Positions 39,713-54,308 of a DNA stretch of 64,000 bases are shown here, piece after piece; position 1 is the stretch's first letter; every line of letters starts with the position of its first letter. The notes under the pieces were generated by a model that saw nothing but the letters and a program-made list of their open reading frames with translations, had not been told where the DNA came from and did not search any database. A program made the translations under genes and the position numbers. Origin of the DNA: Tubulanus polymorphus (Eukaryota > Animalia > Nemertea); assembly GCF_964204645.1 (NCBI RefSeq), contig NC_134036.1, positions 62,001 to 126,000 of the forward strand, in the 5' to 3' direction.

Positions 39713-40852
39713 CGTCGATATAGATCTTACTTGTTTTTTAGTCAAGTTCTACTATAACAATCATTGTTTTTAATTGATTTTTTATTGAATTATAATTATT
39801 GTACATATGTAAATTAGCTATGTATAAAGAATATTGTGGTGAATTTATAAATAAACCGTTATCAATTTAAAATCAAATATGTTGTTGGGTTTTTACTACG
39901 GGCACCACCGGGCACTGAAGAGCCCGCAACCCATGGCAGTGAGGTGAGACGAGAGAGGCCCAAGACACGTCTGACCGGCCCCAGCCGCCCGCCGGCTTTA
40001 GCAGCAGTTCATGATATGATAGTAAATTAGCTGTTGTGGTGAAAAGCGTTAATTTGAATCAAATATCTTGTTGACTGGAGTTTTCAAAAGCACCGGTGAC
40101 AAGGGTTCGAGTCCAGAGAGGAGTCCCAAAGCGTTCGGGCTGATCGCCACGGGCATAAGCCCGAGAAGGGATACGGTATTAAAATTGATTTGACACCGCC
40201 TCTGGTAGTCGAGTTCAATGAATTGAATTGATTCTAACTCCGGCAGCGGAGTACATGCGGTGGTAGAAAATTCTCAAGGTCGTCGAGCCGTTCATGAAAC
40301 GAAACTTTACAAAAAGTGCAATAAATAAAGCCGGAATCTGTGGAGGTAAGCCTTGTTTAGTGTCATTTAAGGCGTATTTAAACTATTTTATGTTGAAGTA
40401 GAATGTAAGAGAATATTCCTCACCCCCAAACACCGAAATGGCCAGAGACTGAGTGGTGAAGCGGCTTGCCGCATTAAATGTCGTGGACTGTCACTCAAGG
40501 GTCCACCCCCGGCGACCGTAACGGAATGGTAGTCCGGTTAATTGATATTGTCACAAACAACCGGAGTTGATGCTTCTCAATTCGTCGTTGGAAGACTGAC
40601 CAATTCAAACTGCCATTCTTCATTCAGACAATTGAAAACACAGCAAACTGCAATGGATTCCTATAAGCTACCAAAAAAGGCAAAGCCACTCTCTGTCAAC
40701 CAACTCCAGCCGTAGCTACGTCCCAGACCAGTGCCTAAAAATCCCCTATAGCTCCCCCTGGTGTGTCTATGCCATTATCATCATCGGTGTATATTTTATG
40801 TTTGTAGATTGTTGAAGCAGTCAGTAGAGGGCGTCATTGAGGGGCGCTGAAC

Positions 40853-43800
40853 ATGTTAAATCAAGTCATCAAAACCTGTGTAAATTCACAGCTCCTCACC
40901 AGTAAGGGTAGTTTATTAACGGCACCACTAGGCGGCGCTGCTAATCTACTACAACAGAAACGCTTCACACGAAGCTGGAAAAAACGAGCAAAGAAAAAAT
41001 TGGATGCGAATAAGATTCGAGAATCTGTGATTGTTGAATATGCAGGAGATTCATCTAAACAAGCGAATCAGGTGTTCTGTTGGGGACACGCTATTACAGG
41101 AGCACTGGGTGAGTTTAAATCTCTCTCACAGGGGGGTCAGGTACTGAGACTGCGGCTAGGACTCTGAGAGATTCATCTAAACAAGCGAATCAGGTGTTCT
41201 GTTGGGGACACGCTATTACAGGAGCACTGGGTGAGTTTAAATCTCTCTCACAGGGGGGGTCAGGTACTGAGACTGCAGCTAGGACTCTGAGACTGTGGCT
41301 AGGACGCAGATAGTGAGATTGCAGCTAGGACTCTGAGACCGCGGCTAGGACTAAAGATCTGTTTTGTATTTGTAGGTATTCAGTCGTTCGTGAAACCACC
41401 GCGAAAATCTAAATTAAAACCGATGCCTTGTTGGCATCATCCTTATAGAATGATATTCTGGGAGGCTTATAAAATACAAGTGAGTTTCACAATAAACCAG
41501 TCAATGAGTGTCCCCTCAATGAGTGTAACCCCTCAATGAGTGTAACCCCTCTACCTGTACAACAGATAAGTTGTATGTTAATGAGATGTATTATATTTAG
41601 GTACAGACGGTGGGTTGTGGTTATGGTTTCACTGTGTTCAGTTGTAAAACTCCTCGAGGTCAAGCGGTTTATGGATGCGGTATAAACACTGATTCACAAT
41701 TAGGTTATCAGGAGTTTCCCAGAAAATCAGGTACGTTCAACAAGTGGAGCCGGGCGGGCGGGGTAGGCCCTAAATCCTCCATTCGATTCTATGTTTGCAT
41801 TAATACCTCATATGTTTGAATCTCGTTACAACAAACTTCAGGGCACCAGAAAACTATGTCTGTAACTGATAGTTAATTATCTTCAGTGTGAAATTATCAG
41901 AATTGTCCGGTTTGAGATGATAATTGAGGCTGATAAATCGTTATAACAAATTGCATATATTTAAAGGTGAATCGATATTGATGAAATGTTTTACTATTTG
42001 AAGGTAGAATTCTAGATTATGTGATCGAACCGTGTCCAATTTTACTTCCGTTCAACGATGCTGATAAAACTAAAGTCACTAAAATCAGTTGTGGACGCGC
42101 TCATACAGTATTACTTACAGACAACGAAGGCGGTAAGCAGTAACACTCATTCGCCATCTATCAGATTATACGTGAACTATCATTTCGTATTTTACTGTTT
42201 ATTGTATTTCTAGTATTCGCGTTCGGAAACAACAGCTACGGTCAGTGCGGACGGTCGATCCATGAACATGAAAAATATCGGTAAGCGCCACCTATGAATT
42301 ATCTGCTGTCAGATACCACTGTGTACATAAGGGCAGGGTAGACATTTGCATATCTATGAATTTTAGGGTAATGAGGCCCTGGGCCTGAGAACAGGGCCTC
42401 AAAAGTTGGTAGTGATTCACTGTGGTGGATGAATGCTAGTGAATATTGAAATTGCCTCATTATCATGGTGTTTTGTGACCACAAGGGGCTGCATTCGCGG
42501 TCAAAGGTTGGTTAGAGTTAACTGATTGACAAACGCAATGTGCAACAATGAAGTTTTAATTGTCACTATGTCAACCTATCCTAACTCTGACCGACTTTGA
42601 GCAACTGCAGCCCCAGATAACGATAACCAACATTTGAACAACTGAACCCAGACCTTGTTTCAGCTGTTGCAGTTGTTCAAATGTTATTCCAGAGTTAACC
42701 AAATTGAAGTAGTGACAATTATAAGAACATTGTTACTATGGTATTTATCCGCTTGTTATCTTTAACCAACTTTTGAATTGTGTGTTTTCAGTGGAAGTGC
42801 TGTGATACAACAATTAGAAATAGTTGACAATGTGATAGATGTAGTTTGTGGTCAGGATCACACTCTCGTACTCACAGAGACCGGACATGTTTACTCGTGT
42901 GGCTTCGGGGGAGACGGGCAAACCGGTGTCGGTAATTACAACAATACATCACGACCTACGCGTATCCGTGGTGATATCGACGGTGAACGGATCGTGCAGA
43001 TAACGAGTAAAGCCGATACGGTTTACGCAGTTTCAGGTGAATATTAACAGTTTTCATTGTTGAAATGAATTTGAATTTCATCTCAAATTGTGTGTGAATT
43101 GTGTATTTTAGATAAAGGTGACTTGTTCGGTTGGGGTAACAGTGAATATCATCAATTATTGTCAGCAGGTGGCGACTCTATGCAAATTCACACGCCGAAG
43201 CATATTCCTTTATCGTCAGAAATCGGGAAAGTAAAAATGGCCGCCAGCGGAGGAACGATATGCGCGGTTCTAAATGGTGAGGTTAAGGCTCAAATGAATT
43301 GATATCTTGTCTCTCATAATCGGCCGGGTCATTTTTGTGAACTGCAATAGAATTTTGTAATCAGTTCACTTCTATAACTGCCGCGTCTGTTGAGCTTGAT
43401 CAGGATTTGCAAAAAAAAGTAATGAACAGGAGGCCAGCTGGGTCGGCTTTTAACCTCAGCAGAAATAAGAAAGATTGCAGTAAATTTAAAATGTTGCTAT
43501 TATTTTCCTTGCAGATATAGGCCGAGTGTTTGTCTGGGGATATGGAATTCTGGGTAAAGGTCCGGCGTTTGAACAGAGTTTAAAGCCGTCTGCTCTCCCG
43601 GAGCCTCTGTTTGGTAAAAGTGAAATGTATCGGGATCGAACTGTAACCGGAATCTACTGCGGTTTAACGCATTTCGCTGCCATTAATAGTAAGTTTCATC
43701 CATTGAATCGCCTTCAAAATTGATACAAATACAGCGTTCCTAGAAGGCCCTTAAAAGTTTTAAAATAGGAATGGGTCAATTCAAGGCCTTGAGTGTCATG

Positions 43801-44546
43801 AGCTCTAAAGGAATGGGCTCTAAAATCCTTAAATCATTTTCATGATCATTGAATGGCATCTGTCATTAGTTACCTGTCATCTGCAAATCAAAGATACAAG
43901 TTCACTATTACAACTCTTAAAATCTACTGCCTGGAAAATGTAGATTTCAACATTCCTGGCTTAACCATTACAATAACCGTATAATCCTGAAATCCTGAAT
44001 TATGAGTCCTGAAATTGGTGTCAAAAAGTCCTTGAAAGTCATTAAATGAGATTTGTCATGAACACTAGTGACTATGAAACCTGCAAATACATTCTACTAG
44101 TAAGAATGATGTTACATTGTTTACAGTGTTATTATATTGTAGATAACAATGATCTGTACGTGTGGGGTAGAAATAAACATGGCTCCTTAGGTTTAGGAAA
44201 CATGGACGATCAATTCTTTCCGTTTAAGGTAAGTCTCGATTTCTCTAGATTTAAAACACTCCTAAAACATCACTCACTCCATATTTTGGAAAGAAATTTA
44301 ATTTTAAGTTTATTTCTCCACGACGGTGCATAGAGTTGTTGAGTTAGGAACAGACTCTACTGTACTGTAATAACATAACGCACCAGAAACATGTGTGAAA
44401 CTGATGCGTCATAAATCTGATGTCTGATATTGTAAATCTGATGTCTGATATTGTAAATCTGATTTCAGGTTTCGATTCCTGGGTTAGTTCAGTCAGTTCA
44501 TTGCGGAGTTGATCACGTGTTCGCTTTATGCAAGACTTTGGTTTGA
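40853..44546 (+). CDS. RCC1L: RCC1-like G exchanging factor-like protein (WBSCR16), mitochondrial RCC1-repeat protein
   Basis: Exons 40853-41108, 41376-41479, 41601-41730, 42004-42132, 42214-42280, 42792-43036, 43112-43276, 43515-43688, 44143-44228, 44469-44546, all in phase. RCC1 blades (GCGYGFT, GINTDSQLG, SCGRAH, GNNSYGQCG, VCGQDHT, LFGWGNSEY, VWGYGILGKGP, DQFFPFKV...CGVDH) match RCC1L; basic, acid-poor N-terminus resembles a mitochondrial presequence. Probable 5' UTR intron 40346-40807. Confidence 0.93.
41046..41292 (+). repeat. 122-bp tandem duplication spanning the RCC1L exon 1 end and its 5' splice site
   Basis: GAGATTCATCTAAACAAGCG...CACTGG|GTGAGT...GACTCTGAGA starts at 41046 and again at 41168. 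Confidence 0.95.
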
Positions 44547-46490
44547 TATTTAATTTTCTAATTTTTATTGTTAAGAATCAGGAAAAATTCAACAATTAAA
44601 AAACTTATTTCACATTTTGCGAAGTTTTGTTTTTGTCGCCGATTCACGAGGAATGAAATTAGAATCCAATAATTCAAAAATTGCTTCAATAGTTTTGTGT
44701 CAAACTTGAAAATGAGATCTGTTTCGTCTCACAGATTTTCTCTTTGGTTTGAACTGTTTACATCATCAGCAATGAATGGTACTAGTGTCCTCACCACCTC
44801 GCTACAACACTGAGGTTTTCCTATAAAGTTTAGAAAGAAAATCAGTTAAAACATGAATTTCCTCAGTTTTTCCCCATCTGGACGTGTTTTATCATTTATA
44901 GACAGGAATTTTGTATGAGGAATGCATTGCTGAAAGATATCTAATGTAATATCATTGCTTTGCGACTAGAACAAGATTAATTAATATAATATATTAATTA
45001 TTATGAATGCGAAGCGGTGCGAGCAGAAGGTAAAATTCAGGTGGAATTCGTTAGAAAAAACTTCATTTTATTCATTAATTCTATTATCGAACAGTTGGAG
45101 AAGTTTTCGAGACCATTTCGAGTTTTATTAGAATAAGCCTGGAAAAGCTGATAGTGTTTCCGTTCACCGTCGATATAGTGGCGGCAGCACCGTACGGTAA
45201 AAAGGCTATATCACTGCTTTTCAGATAGTGTTACCAATCACCGCTGTGAGCGAGGGCAGCACCGTACGGTAAAATTGCACTTAGGCGACATCGGTATGCG
45301 AGGTAGCCGCCAACTCAGAATTAGTGGCAGCACCGTACGGTACAATGTAATATCGGAGTGAAATTTTGTTTTACATCTCTATATTGTTTTTATTTCATGT
45401 GTAATGGGATTGAAAATAAACAAAAAGAATGTTAGAATCAGATCAAGCTAATTTGTATGTCGTTTGGTAATTAGTTCATCCGATCTCCGCAGTCAGTGAG
45501 GGCAGCACAATACGGTCTTATTAGCCTAGGTATGCGAGGTTTCTAGACGCGCGACTCGTAGATTATGTGGGACTTCCGCGGTTTTATTTCTTGCCGTTTT
45601 TACCGAATTTATTCGTTATAAATGCTGATTTCGGAGCGATTTAGACGTTTAAAGAAGAAATATGAACGATATTATCTAGAAGTCGAGTAAATAGATCGAT
45701 TTCAGTGAATATTTTCGCCGAATTATTCAAAATAAATCCAAAATATCGCCTTGAAGTGACCAATTCAATTCAATCGCAAATAATTGTGAGTTTATTAACT
45801 TACCAGAAACTGTACAGCATTGAGTGTTTTGTGGCGGGTCAGAAGAGCGCGGACAACTCTTAATTAATTATTAACTGATTGACTCAAATTTTAGTTAGGC
45901 TGATAAACTGAAAAAATAGTTAAAGGCAAAAGTTAATACAATAAAAAATCTTATTTCTTGTACATACCCACACTTATAAATTTAATTTGTGTAAATACAA
46001 CAACACAAATTATCAATTTAATTCCAACTGGTGACATCTTTGAAAACCCCTGTCATTATAAACAAAGTTAATTCTGGTAAATTTGCTGCGATAATGCACT
46101 AACTGAGACTGAGCTAGACTCGAATTCTTCGGACTGAATTATGACTTTAAACACAAATCAATAAGATCATCAACAATTGAATATTAATTTAATTTACAAA
46201 ATGTGACTAGGAATTATTAGCATCATTGATTGTATTTGATACAGATACAAGCATTAATACATTGAGTAATTGTGTGCGTGGTTATAACTGAATTTCTTCT
46301 TGAGAAAAGAGATGTTTGTAGATGTCTGAAACCACATGATAGTTACTAGAATTAATGGGTTTTAGTTAATTGATCAATTTCTATCTAAAAATTGATTTAA
46401 TATTTGATATCAGCTGTAAAAAAGACTCAACAGGTCAATTTGAAGGGGCTAAAAACATAAGATCCTGGATTTCTCTTGTTTGGCACTTCA

Positions 46491-47340
46491 ATCCAAAAAC
46501 TAACTTTCTTAGATTTTTGGCAAAAAAATCGAATCTCTTCGATTTGCTTGAAATTTTAGTCCTAACTTTGCTCAGGGATGCGGATAGCAAATCTGCAATC
46601 AGATTTTGAATATCTCGAAAGATCTGGGGTCCAAGGCCTTTTGAAAATCTAGGGGGTCCCCCCAAAAAATTCGAATTTCTCATTTTTTGGGCCTCGGATC
46701 CAAAAACTAACTTCATTTTCATGATCAGCACCCCAAAAAACATGTCTGTAGTAAATTTAGTTAACATTGGGCCAAAAAAAAAATTTGGCTTTGTACCCCA
46801 TTTTTGGGGTGCATATTTTGGGCATTAAAACCCTTATTTGCCAACGAAGATGAATTCTGATTCAAAATCTGATTGCGGATCCGGAATCTACACCCCAGAA
46901 TACATCTTCCTACCAAGTTTCGAAAGAATCAGAGAAAAAAAATTTTTCGCCCAAAAAAAAACTCCTGGACTTACACCTTAGATTTTTGTCGTTTTTTGCC
47001 AAAAAATCGAATCTCTTCGATTTTCTTAAAATTTTAGTCCTTACTATTTTCAGGGGTGCTGATTCCAAATCTGCAATCAGATTTCGAATATCTCAAAAAC
47101 TCTGGGGTCCAGGGCCTTTTGCAAATTTAGGGGGTACCCCTAAGAATTCGAATTTCTCATTTTTGGGGCCTCGGATCCTAAAAATTCTTTCAGATTTGTA
47201 ATCAGCACCCCAGAATACATGTCTACACTAAATTTCATCGAAATTGGAGACAAAAAATATTTGACCCCTAACCCTCATTTTGGGGGGTACCTTAGATTGC
47301 CATTTCTCTGATACACCGCTAACTAGACTTAACTCTAACA
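46491..47340. mobile_element. Non-autonomous DNA-transposon-like repeat with internal direct and inverted sub-repeats; copies at ~52580-53440 and ~57880-58550
   Basis: Recurrent GGGGTGCTGATTCCAAATCTGCAATCAGATTT / ATCAGCACCCC modules and shared end ACTAGACTTAACTCTAAC. No transposase ORF; family not assigned. Confidence 0.75.
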
Positions 47341-47815
47341 TAACTCACATTTATTAAGTTTCATGTATATTTTTTAGGATGTTTGTCATCAATATGGTGG
47401 AACTTGACGGATGTTATGATGGTCACTGATTCCCCCTCTACCTACAATCAGTAGAGAATTGATTTGAACATTATACAGACATTGATGCAGTGGAGCAGAT
47501 GGTGCAAGATGAACCAGGACGAACCCAGATAAACCAAGATGAACCCAGATAAACCAAGATGAACCAAGTAGAGCCGTGACTTATGGAAGAAATGCTAGAA
47601 ATTAATGTCTCATTTTAATAGTTATCAACAGGTACGTAGGCAATCGAGGCTGGAGACATGCTAGTTCATAGGGATAGGGATTTCTGAGACACACTATCTC
47701 TATTCTTAAGCCTAGTTAGTCTGTGAAACTCCCTGGCCCTGCTCCCTCTCTCTGTCAATCCCTAGCCTAGCGTCTAGAATGATGTTACATTGTTTACAGT
47801 GTTATTATATTGTAG

Positions 47816-48219
47816 ATAACAATGATCTGTACGTGTGGGATAGAAATAAACATGGCTCCTTAGCTTTAGGAAACATGGACGATCAATTCTTTCCGTTTAA
47901 GGTAAGTCTCGATTTCTCTAGATTTAAAACACTCCTAAAACATCACTCACTCCATATTTTGGAAAGAAATTTAATTTTAAGTTAGTTTCTATCCAACGGT
48001 GCATAGAGTTGTTGAGTTAGGAACAGACTCTACTGTACTGTAATAACATAACGCACCAGAAACATGTGTGAAACTGATGCGTCATAAATCTGATGTCTGA
48101 TATTGTAAATCTGATGTCTGATATTGTAAATCTGATTTCAGGTTTCGATTCCTGGGTTAGTTCAGTCAGTTCATTGCGGAGTTGATCACATGTTCGCTTT
48201 ATGCAAGACTTTAGTTTGA
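47816..48219 (+). pseudogene. RCC1L: Duplicate B of the last two RCC1L exons (47816-47901, 48142-48219); gene fragment or alternative terminal cassette
   Basis: Splice sites, frame and stop intact; WDRNKHGSLALG and DHMFAL variants; AATAAA at 48259. Confidence 0.8.
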
Positions 48220-50235
48220 TATTTAACTCTGATGCATGATACATTTTTGACTGAAATGAATAAATTTATCTATAAATTATTCACTAATTTTGTGGTGGTT
48301 GTTACTGAATTTTTTTTCTGGTTTCGTCTTTACACAGATTTGTGGTAAACGAGGTTCAACTGAAGTTTTTTCAGTTTTTGGCGCAAATTTGTAGTTGGTT
48401 TCATAAGGGAGAGTTAGATTTTAACCCGGACCAAGAAGGGTCGACCTAAATAGGATGTTAAATGGTTCATGAGCTGCAACGTTGATGGTACGGTTGGTTA
48501 AATGCACAATTATTTGAGAATAAAATTTAATTTGCTACAATTTCTCCCTGTGGCATGTGAGTCTGCTGCTTTACCGGATGCTAATACATTCCGCTAACAA
48601 AGGAGTTCCATCAAAAATGGCTTGAAAATCGTTTTAAAAATGAGATCCTCTTAGATAAAGCTTAAAATGTGATAGTACTATTTATACACAATGAAATCGA
48701 GTTACATGATGAACGAAATCCGGCGAAGAAAATATCCGTATTGCTCGCATGCCACAGTATAATTGTGAGGTTAAGCTAAATCGCAACCGTACAGTGCTGC
48801 CCCTACGAATAACGATAGCGGAATTTCTGTGAACTAAAATAGCGGCACATATTTACCGCTGGAATATACATCTCATTATTACGTACAATACGGACAACTG
48901 TGTCGCCTAATTCTGATTAAATATGATACCATGAATATGTTATAATTTTTGAATGATATTTCCTTATTTTTTAGGTAACGATATTCAATTTTTTTTAGCT
49001 AAAATTCACTTCACATCAATTAATTAGTATTTATATACAGAATAAATTATTCATTTACATTTTTGAATGATCATTTATCATCTGAATAAACAAAATCTTC
49101 ATATCTTCCTTCGATATTATTTTAGTTGCGTGCAAATAAGCGGAGAACATACAAACACCTGTCGCTCTTTGCCAGACGATACTAGAAATATCCCGATTCA
49201 AATTTACTGTTTTAATGTTAATTCTTTTATAGAAAAATTGTTTGGTTCAATTGTTACAGAGCAGTTTAAGGTTTTGAGAATTTTCCTCGGAATCCGGCCC
49301 GCATATCGGTAATTAGTTCGTCCATTACCACCGTTCAAAGACTCTGGCAACCGAGAATTATGTTAGTTCATTTTTTCCCCGCTATCGTTATACAAAGGGG
49401 CAGCACAAGACGGTCGATATGGAAATTGCGCACGGTGGAGCGCGCTCAATTCAATCGCTAATTCTTTATTTACAGTGAAACTAAGTCTCTCCAATTGATA
49501 AAGACTTAAAAGCCGCAATGATTCTCAATGTACGAATTTTGATATTGGTTAAAAAGATAAGAATTCATGAGATTTTGTGCCCTCACAGATACAGCACTGA
49601 GCAGGGACCTCCACAGTGAGAGAATAACCTGCTTCCAATAACCTGCTAGGCCGCCCGTACTAGTTAGTTACCTAATCGTTGGTGGTAAGCTTTTTATTAT
49701 CGGATGGGCTTATACCAATAAGCCAATACCAATGTGGTTTGTGAAAATATCCGATCGTGAAACTAAACCACAGACAGGTTACTCAGTGACTACAGGCCGT
49801 TCTGAGCCGCGTGTTGCGCGTAGTTTCACAAATCTTGATGAGCAAATCGGTAATTAGTTCGTCCCCTACGGCCATTCGAAGACTCCAGCTGTGAACACAG
49901 ATAAACCAAGATGAACCGGGATGAACCCAGATAAACCAAGATGAACCAGGACGAACCAAGTAGAGTCGTCGTGACTAATGGAAGTAATGCTAGAAATTGA
50001 TGTCTCATTTTAATAGTTATCAATAGGTATGTAGGCAATCGAGGCTGGAGACATGCTATTAGTACATAAGGATAGGGATTTCTGAGACACACTATCTCTA
50101 TTCTTAAGCCTAGTTACTCTGTGAAACTCCCTGGTCCTACTCCCTCTATACATAAACCCTGCTCCCTCCCTCTATCAGTCCCTAGCTTAGTGTCTAGAAT
50201 GATGTTACAATGTTTGCAATGTTATTATATTGTAG

Positions 50236-50638
50236 ATAACAATGATCTGTACGTGTGGGATAGAAATAAACATGGCTCCTTAGGTTTAGGAAACATGGAC
50301 GATCAATTCTTTCCGTTTAAGGTAAGTCTCGATTTCTCTAGATTTAAAACACTCCTAAAACATCACTCACTCCATATTTTGGAAAGAAATTAATTTCAAG
50401 TTTATTTCTCCACGACGGTGCATAGAGTTGTTGAGTTAGGAACAGACTCTACTGTACTGTAATAACATAACGCACCAGAAACATGTGTGAAACTGATGCG
50501 TCATAAATCTGATGTCTGATATTGTAAATCTGATGTCTGATATTGTAAATCTGATTTCAGGTTTCGATTCCTGGGTTAGTTCAGTCAGTTCATTGCGGAG
50601 TTGATCACATGTTCGCTTTATGCAAGACTTTGGTTTGA
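50236..50638 (+). pseudogene. RCC1L: Duplicate C of the last two RCC1L exons (50236-50321, 50561-50638)
   Basis: Splice sites, frame and stop intact; WDRNKHGSLGLG and DHMFAL. Confidence 0.8.
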
Positions 50639-53600
50639 TATTTAACTCAATTTAATTTTCTAATTTTTATTGTTAAGAATCAGGAAAAATTCAACAATTA
50701 AAAAACTTATTTCACATTTTGCGAAGTTTTGTTTTTGTCGCCGATTCACGAGGAATGAAATTAGAATCCAATAATTCAAAGATTGCTTCAATTGTTTCGT
50801 GTCAAACTTGAAAATGAGATCTGTTTCGTCTCACAGATTTTCTCTTTGGTTTGAATTGTTTACATCATCAGCAATGAATGGTACTAGTGTCCTCACCACC
50901 TCGCTACAACACTGAGGTTTTCCTTTAAAGTTTAAAAAGAAAATCATTTAAAACATGAATTTCCCCAGTTTTTCCCCATCTGGACGTGTTTTATCATTTA
51001 TAGACAGGAATTTTGTATGAGGAATGCATTGCTGAAAGATATCTAATGTAATATCATTGCTTTGTGACTAGAACATGATTAATTAATATAATATATCAAT
51101 TATTATGAATGCCAAGCGGTGCGAGCAGAGGCGAAAATTCAGGTGGAATTCGTTAGAAAAAACTTCATTTTATTCATTAATTCTATTATCGAACAGTTGG
51201 AGAAGTTTATGAGACCATTTCGAGTTTTATTAGAATAAGTCTGGAAAATCTGATAGTGCTTCTGTTCACCGTCGATATAGTGGCGGCAGCACCGTACGGT
51301 ACAAAGGCTACATCACTGCTTTTCAGATAGTGTTACCAATCACCGCTGTGAGCGAGGGCAGCACCGTACGGTAAACTTGCACTTAGGCGATATCGGTATG
51401 CGAGGTAGCCGCCAACTCAGAATTAGTGGCAGCACCGTACAGTACAATGTAATATCGGAGTGAAATTTTGTTTAACATCTCTATATTGTTTTTATTTCAT
51501 ATGAAATGGGATTGAAAATAAACTAAAAGAATAACAGAATCTGATCGAAGTAATTTGTATGTCGTTTGGTAATTAGTTCACCTGATCTCCGCAGTCAGTG
51601 AGGGCAGCACTATACGGTCTAACTAGCCTAGGTATGCGAGGTTTCTAGACGCGCGACACGTAGATTATGTGGGACTTCCGCGGTTTTATTTCTTGCCGTT
51701 TTTACCGAATTTATTCGTTATAAATGCTGATTTCGGAGCGATTTAGATGTTTAAAGAAGAAATATGAACGATATCATCTAGAAGTCGAGTAAATAGATCG
51801 ATTTCAGTGAATATTTTCGCCAAATTATTCAAAATTAATCCAAATATCGCCTTGAAGTGACCAATTCAATTCAATCGCAAATAATTGTGAGTTTATTAAC
51901 TTACCAGAAACTGTACAGCATTGAGTGTTTTGTGGCGGGTCAGAAGAGCGCGTACAACTATTAATTATTAACTGATTGACTGAAATTTTAGTTAGGCCGA
52001 TAAACTGAAAAAATAGTTAAAGGCAAAAGTTAAAACAATAAAAAATCTTATTTCTTGTACATACCCACATTTATAAATGCAATTTGTGTACATACAACAA
52101 CACAAATTATCAATTTAATTCCAACTGGTGACATCTTCGAAAACCCCTGTAATTATAAACAAATTCTGGTAAATTTGCTGCGATAGTGCACTAACTGAGA
52201 CTGAGCTAGACTCGAATTCTTCTGACTGAATTATCACACAAATCAATAAGATCATCAACAATTGAATGTTAATTTAATTTACAAAATGTGACTAGGAATT
52301 ATTAGCATCATTGATTGTATTTGATACAGATACGAGCATTAATACATTGAGTAATTGTGTGCCTGGTTATAACTGAATTTCTTCTTGAGAAAAGAGATGT
52401 TTGTAGATGTCTGAAACCATGTGATAGTTACTTGAATTAATGGGTTTTTTAGTTAATTGATCAATTTCTATCTAAAAATTGATTTAATATTTCATATCAG
52501 CTGTTAAAAAGACATCAACAGGTCAATTTGAAGGGGCTAAAAACATAAAATCCTGGATTTCTCTTGTTTGGCACTTCAATCCAAAAACTAATTTTCTTAG
52601 ATTTTTTTGCAATTTTTGGCGAAAAAATCGAATCTCTTCGATTTGCTTGAAATTTTAGTCCTTACTATTTTAAGGGATGCGGATTGCAAATCTGCAATCA
52701 GATTTTAAATATCTCGAAAGATCTGGGGTCCAAGGCCTTTTGAAAATCTAGGGGGTCCCCCAAAAAATTCGAATTTCTCATTTTTTGGGCCTTGGATCCA
52801 AAAACTAACTTCATTTTCATGATCAGCACCCCAAAAAACATGTCTGTAGTAAATTTAGTTAACATTGGGCCAAAAAAAAAATTTGGCTTTGTACCCCATT
52901 TTTGGGGTGCATATTTTGGGCATTAAAACCCTTATTTGCCAATGAAGATGAATTCCGATTCAAAATCTGATTGCGGATCCGGAATCTACACTTCAGAATA
53001 CATCTTCTTACCAAGGTTCGAAGGAATCAGAGAAAAAAAATTTTTCGCCGAAAAAAAACTCCTGGACTTACACCTTAGATTTTTGCCGTTTTTTGCCAAA
53101 AAATCGAATCTCTTCGATTTGCTTAAAATTTTCGTCCTTACTATTTTCAGGGGTGCTGATTCCAAATCTGTAATCAGATTTCGGATATCTCGAAAACTCT
53201 GGGGTCCAGGGCCTTTTGAAAATTTAGGGGGTACCCCTAAGAATTCGAATTTCTCATTTTTGGGGCCTCGGATCCTAAAAATTCTTTCAGATTTGTGATC
53301 AGTACCCCAGAATACATGTCTATTCTAAATTTCATCGAAATTGGAGACAAAAAATATTTGACCCCTAACCCTCATTTTGGGGGGTACCTTAGTTTGCCAT
53401 TTCTCTGATACACCGGTTACTAGACTTAATTCTAACTCTAACTCAAATCTATCAAGTTTCATGTATATTTTTTAGGATGTTTGTCATCAATATGGTGGAA
53501 CTATTGACGGATGTTATGGTGGTCACTGATTCCCCCTTTACCTACAATCAGTAGAGAATTGATTTGAACATTATACAGACATTGATGCAGTGGAGCAGAT

Positions 53601-53901
53601 GGTGCAAGATGAACCAGGACGAACCAGATAAACCAAGATGAACCAGGATGAACCCAGATAAACCAAGATTAACCAGGATGAACCCAGATAAACCAAGATG
53701 AACCAAGTAGAGTCGTGACTAATGGAAGTAATGCTAGAAATCGATGTCTCATTTTAATAGTTATCAATAGGTACGTAGGCAATTGAGGCTGGAGACATGC
53801 TAGTTAGTCTGTGAAACTCCCTGGCCCTGCTCCCTCTCTATCAATCCCTAGCCTAGCGACTAGAATGATGTTACAATGTTTGCAATGTTATTATATTGTA
53901 G

Positions 53902-54308
53902 ATAACAATGATCTGTACGTGTGGGGTAGAAATAAACATGGCGCATTAGGTTTAGGAAACATGGACGATCAATTCTTTCCGTTTAAGGTAAGTCTCGATT
54001 TCTCTAGATTTAAAACACTCCTAAAACATCACTCACTCCATATTTTGGAAAGAAATTTAATTTTAAGTTTATTTCTCCACGACGGTGCATAGAGTTGTTG
54101 AGTTAGGAACAGACTCTACTGTACTGTAATAACATAACGCACCAGAAACAACATGTGTGAAACTGATTCGTCATAAATCTGATGTCTGATATTTTAAATC
54201 TGATGTCTGATATTGTAAATCTGATTTCAGGTTTCGGTTCCTGGGTTAGTTCAGTCAGTTCATTGCGGCGTTGATCACATGTTCACTTTATGCAAGACTT
54301 TAGTTTGA
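53902..54308 (+). pseudogene. RCC1L: Duplicate D of the last two RCC1L exons (53902-53987, 54231-54308)
   Basis: Splice sites, frame and stop intact; WGRNKHGALGLG and VSVPG...DHMFTL; AATAAA at 54348. Confidence 0.8.

Noticed and set aside
46370-47201. ORFs in the repeated element (also 52936-53298, 57790-58605) as transposase
   Set aside because: Short, inconsistent between copies, no DDE or other domain motif; they reflect the sub-repeat structure.
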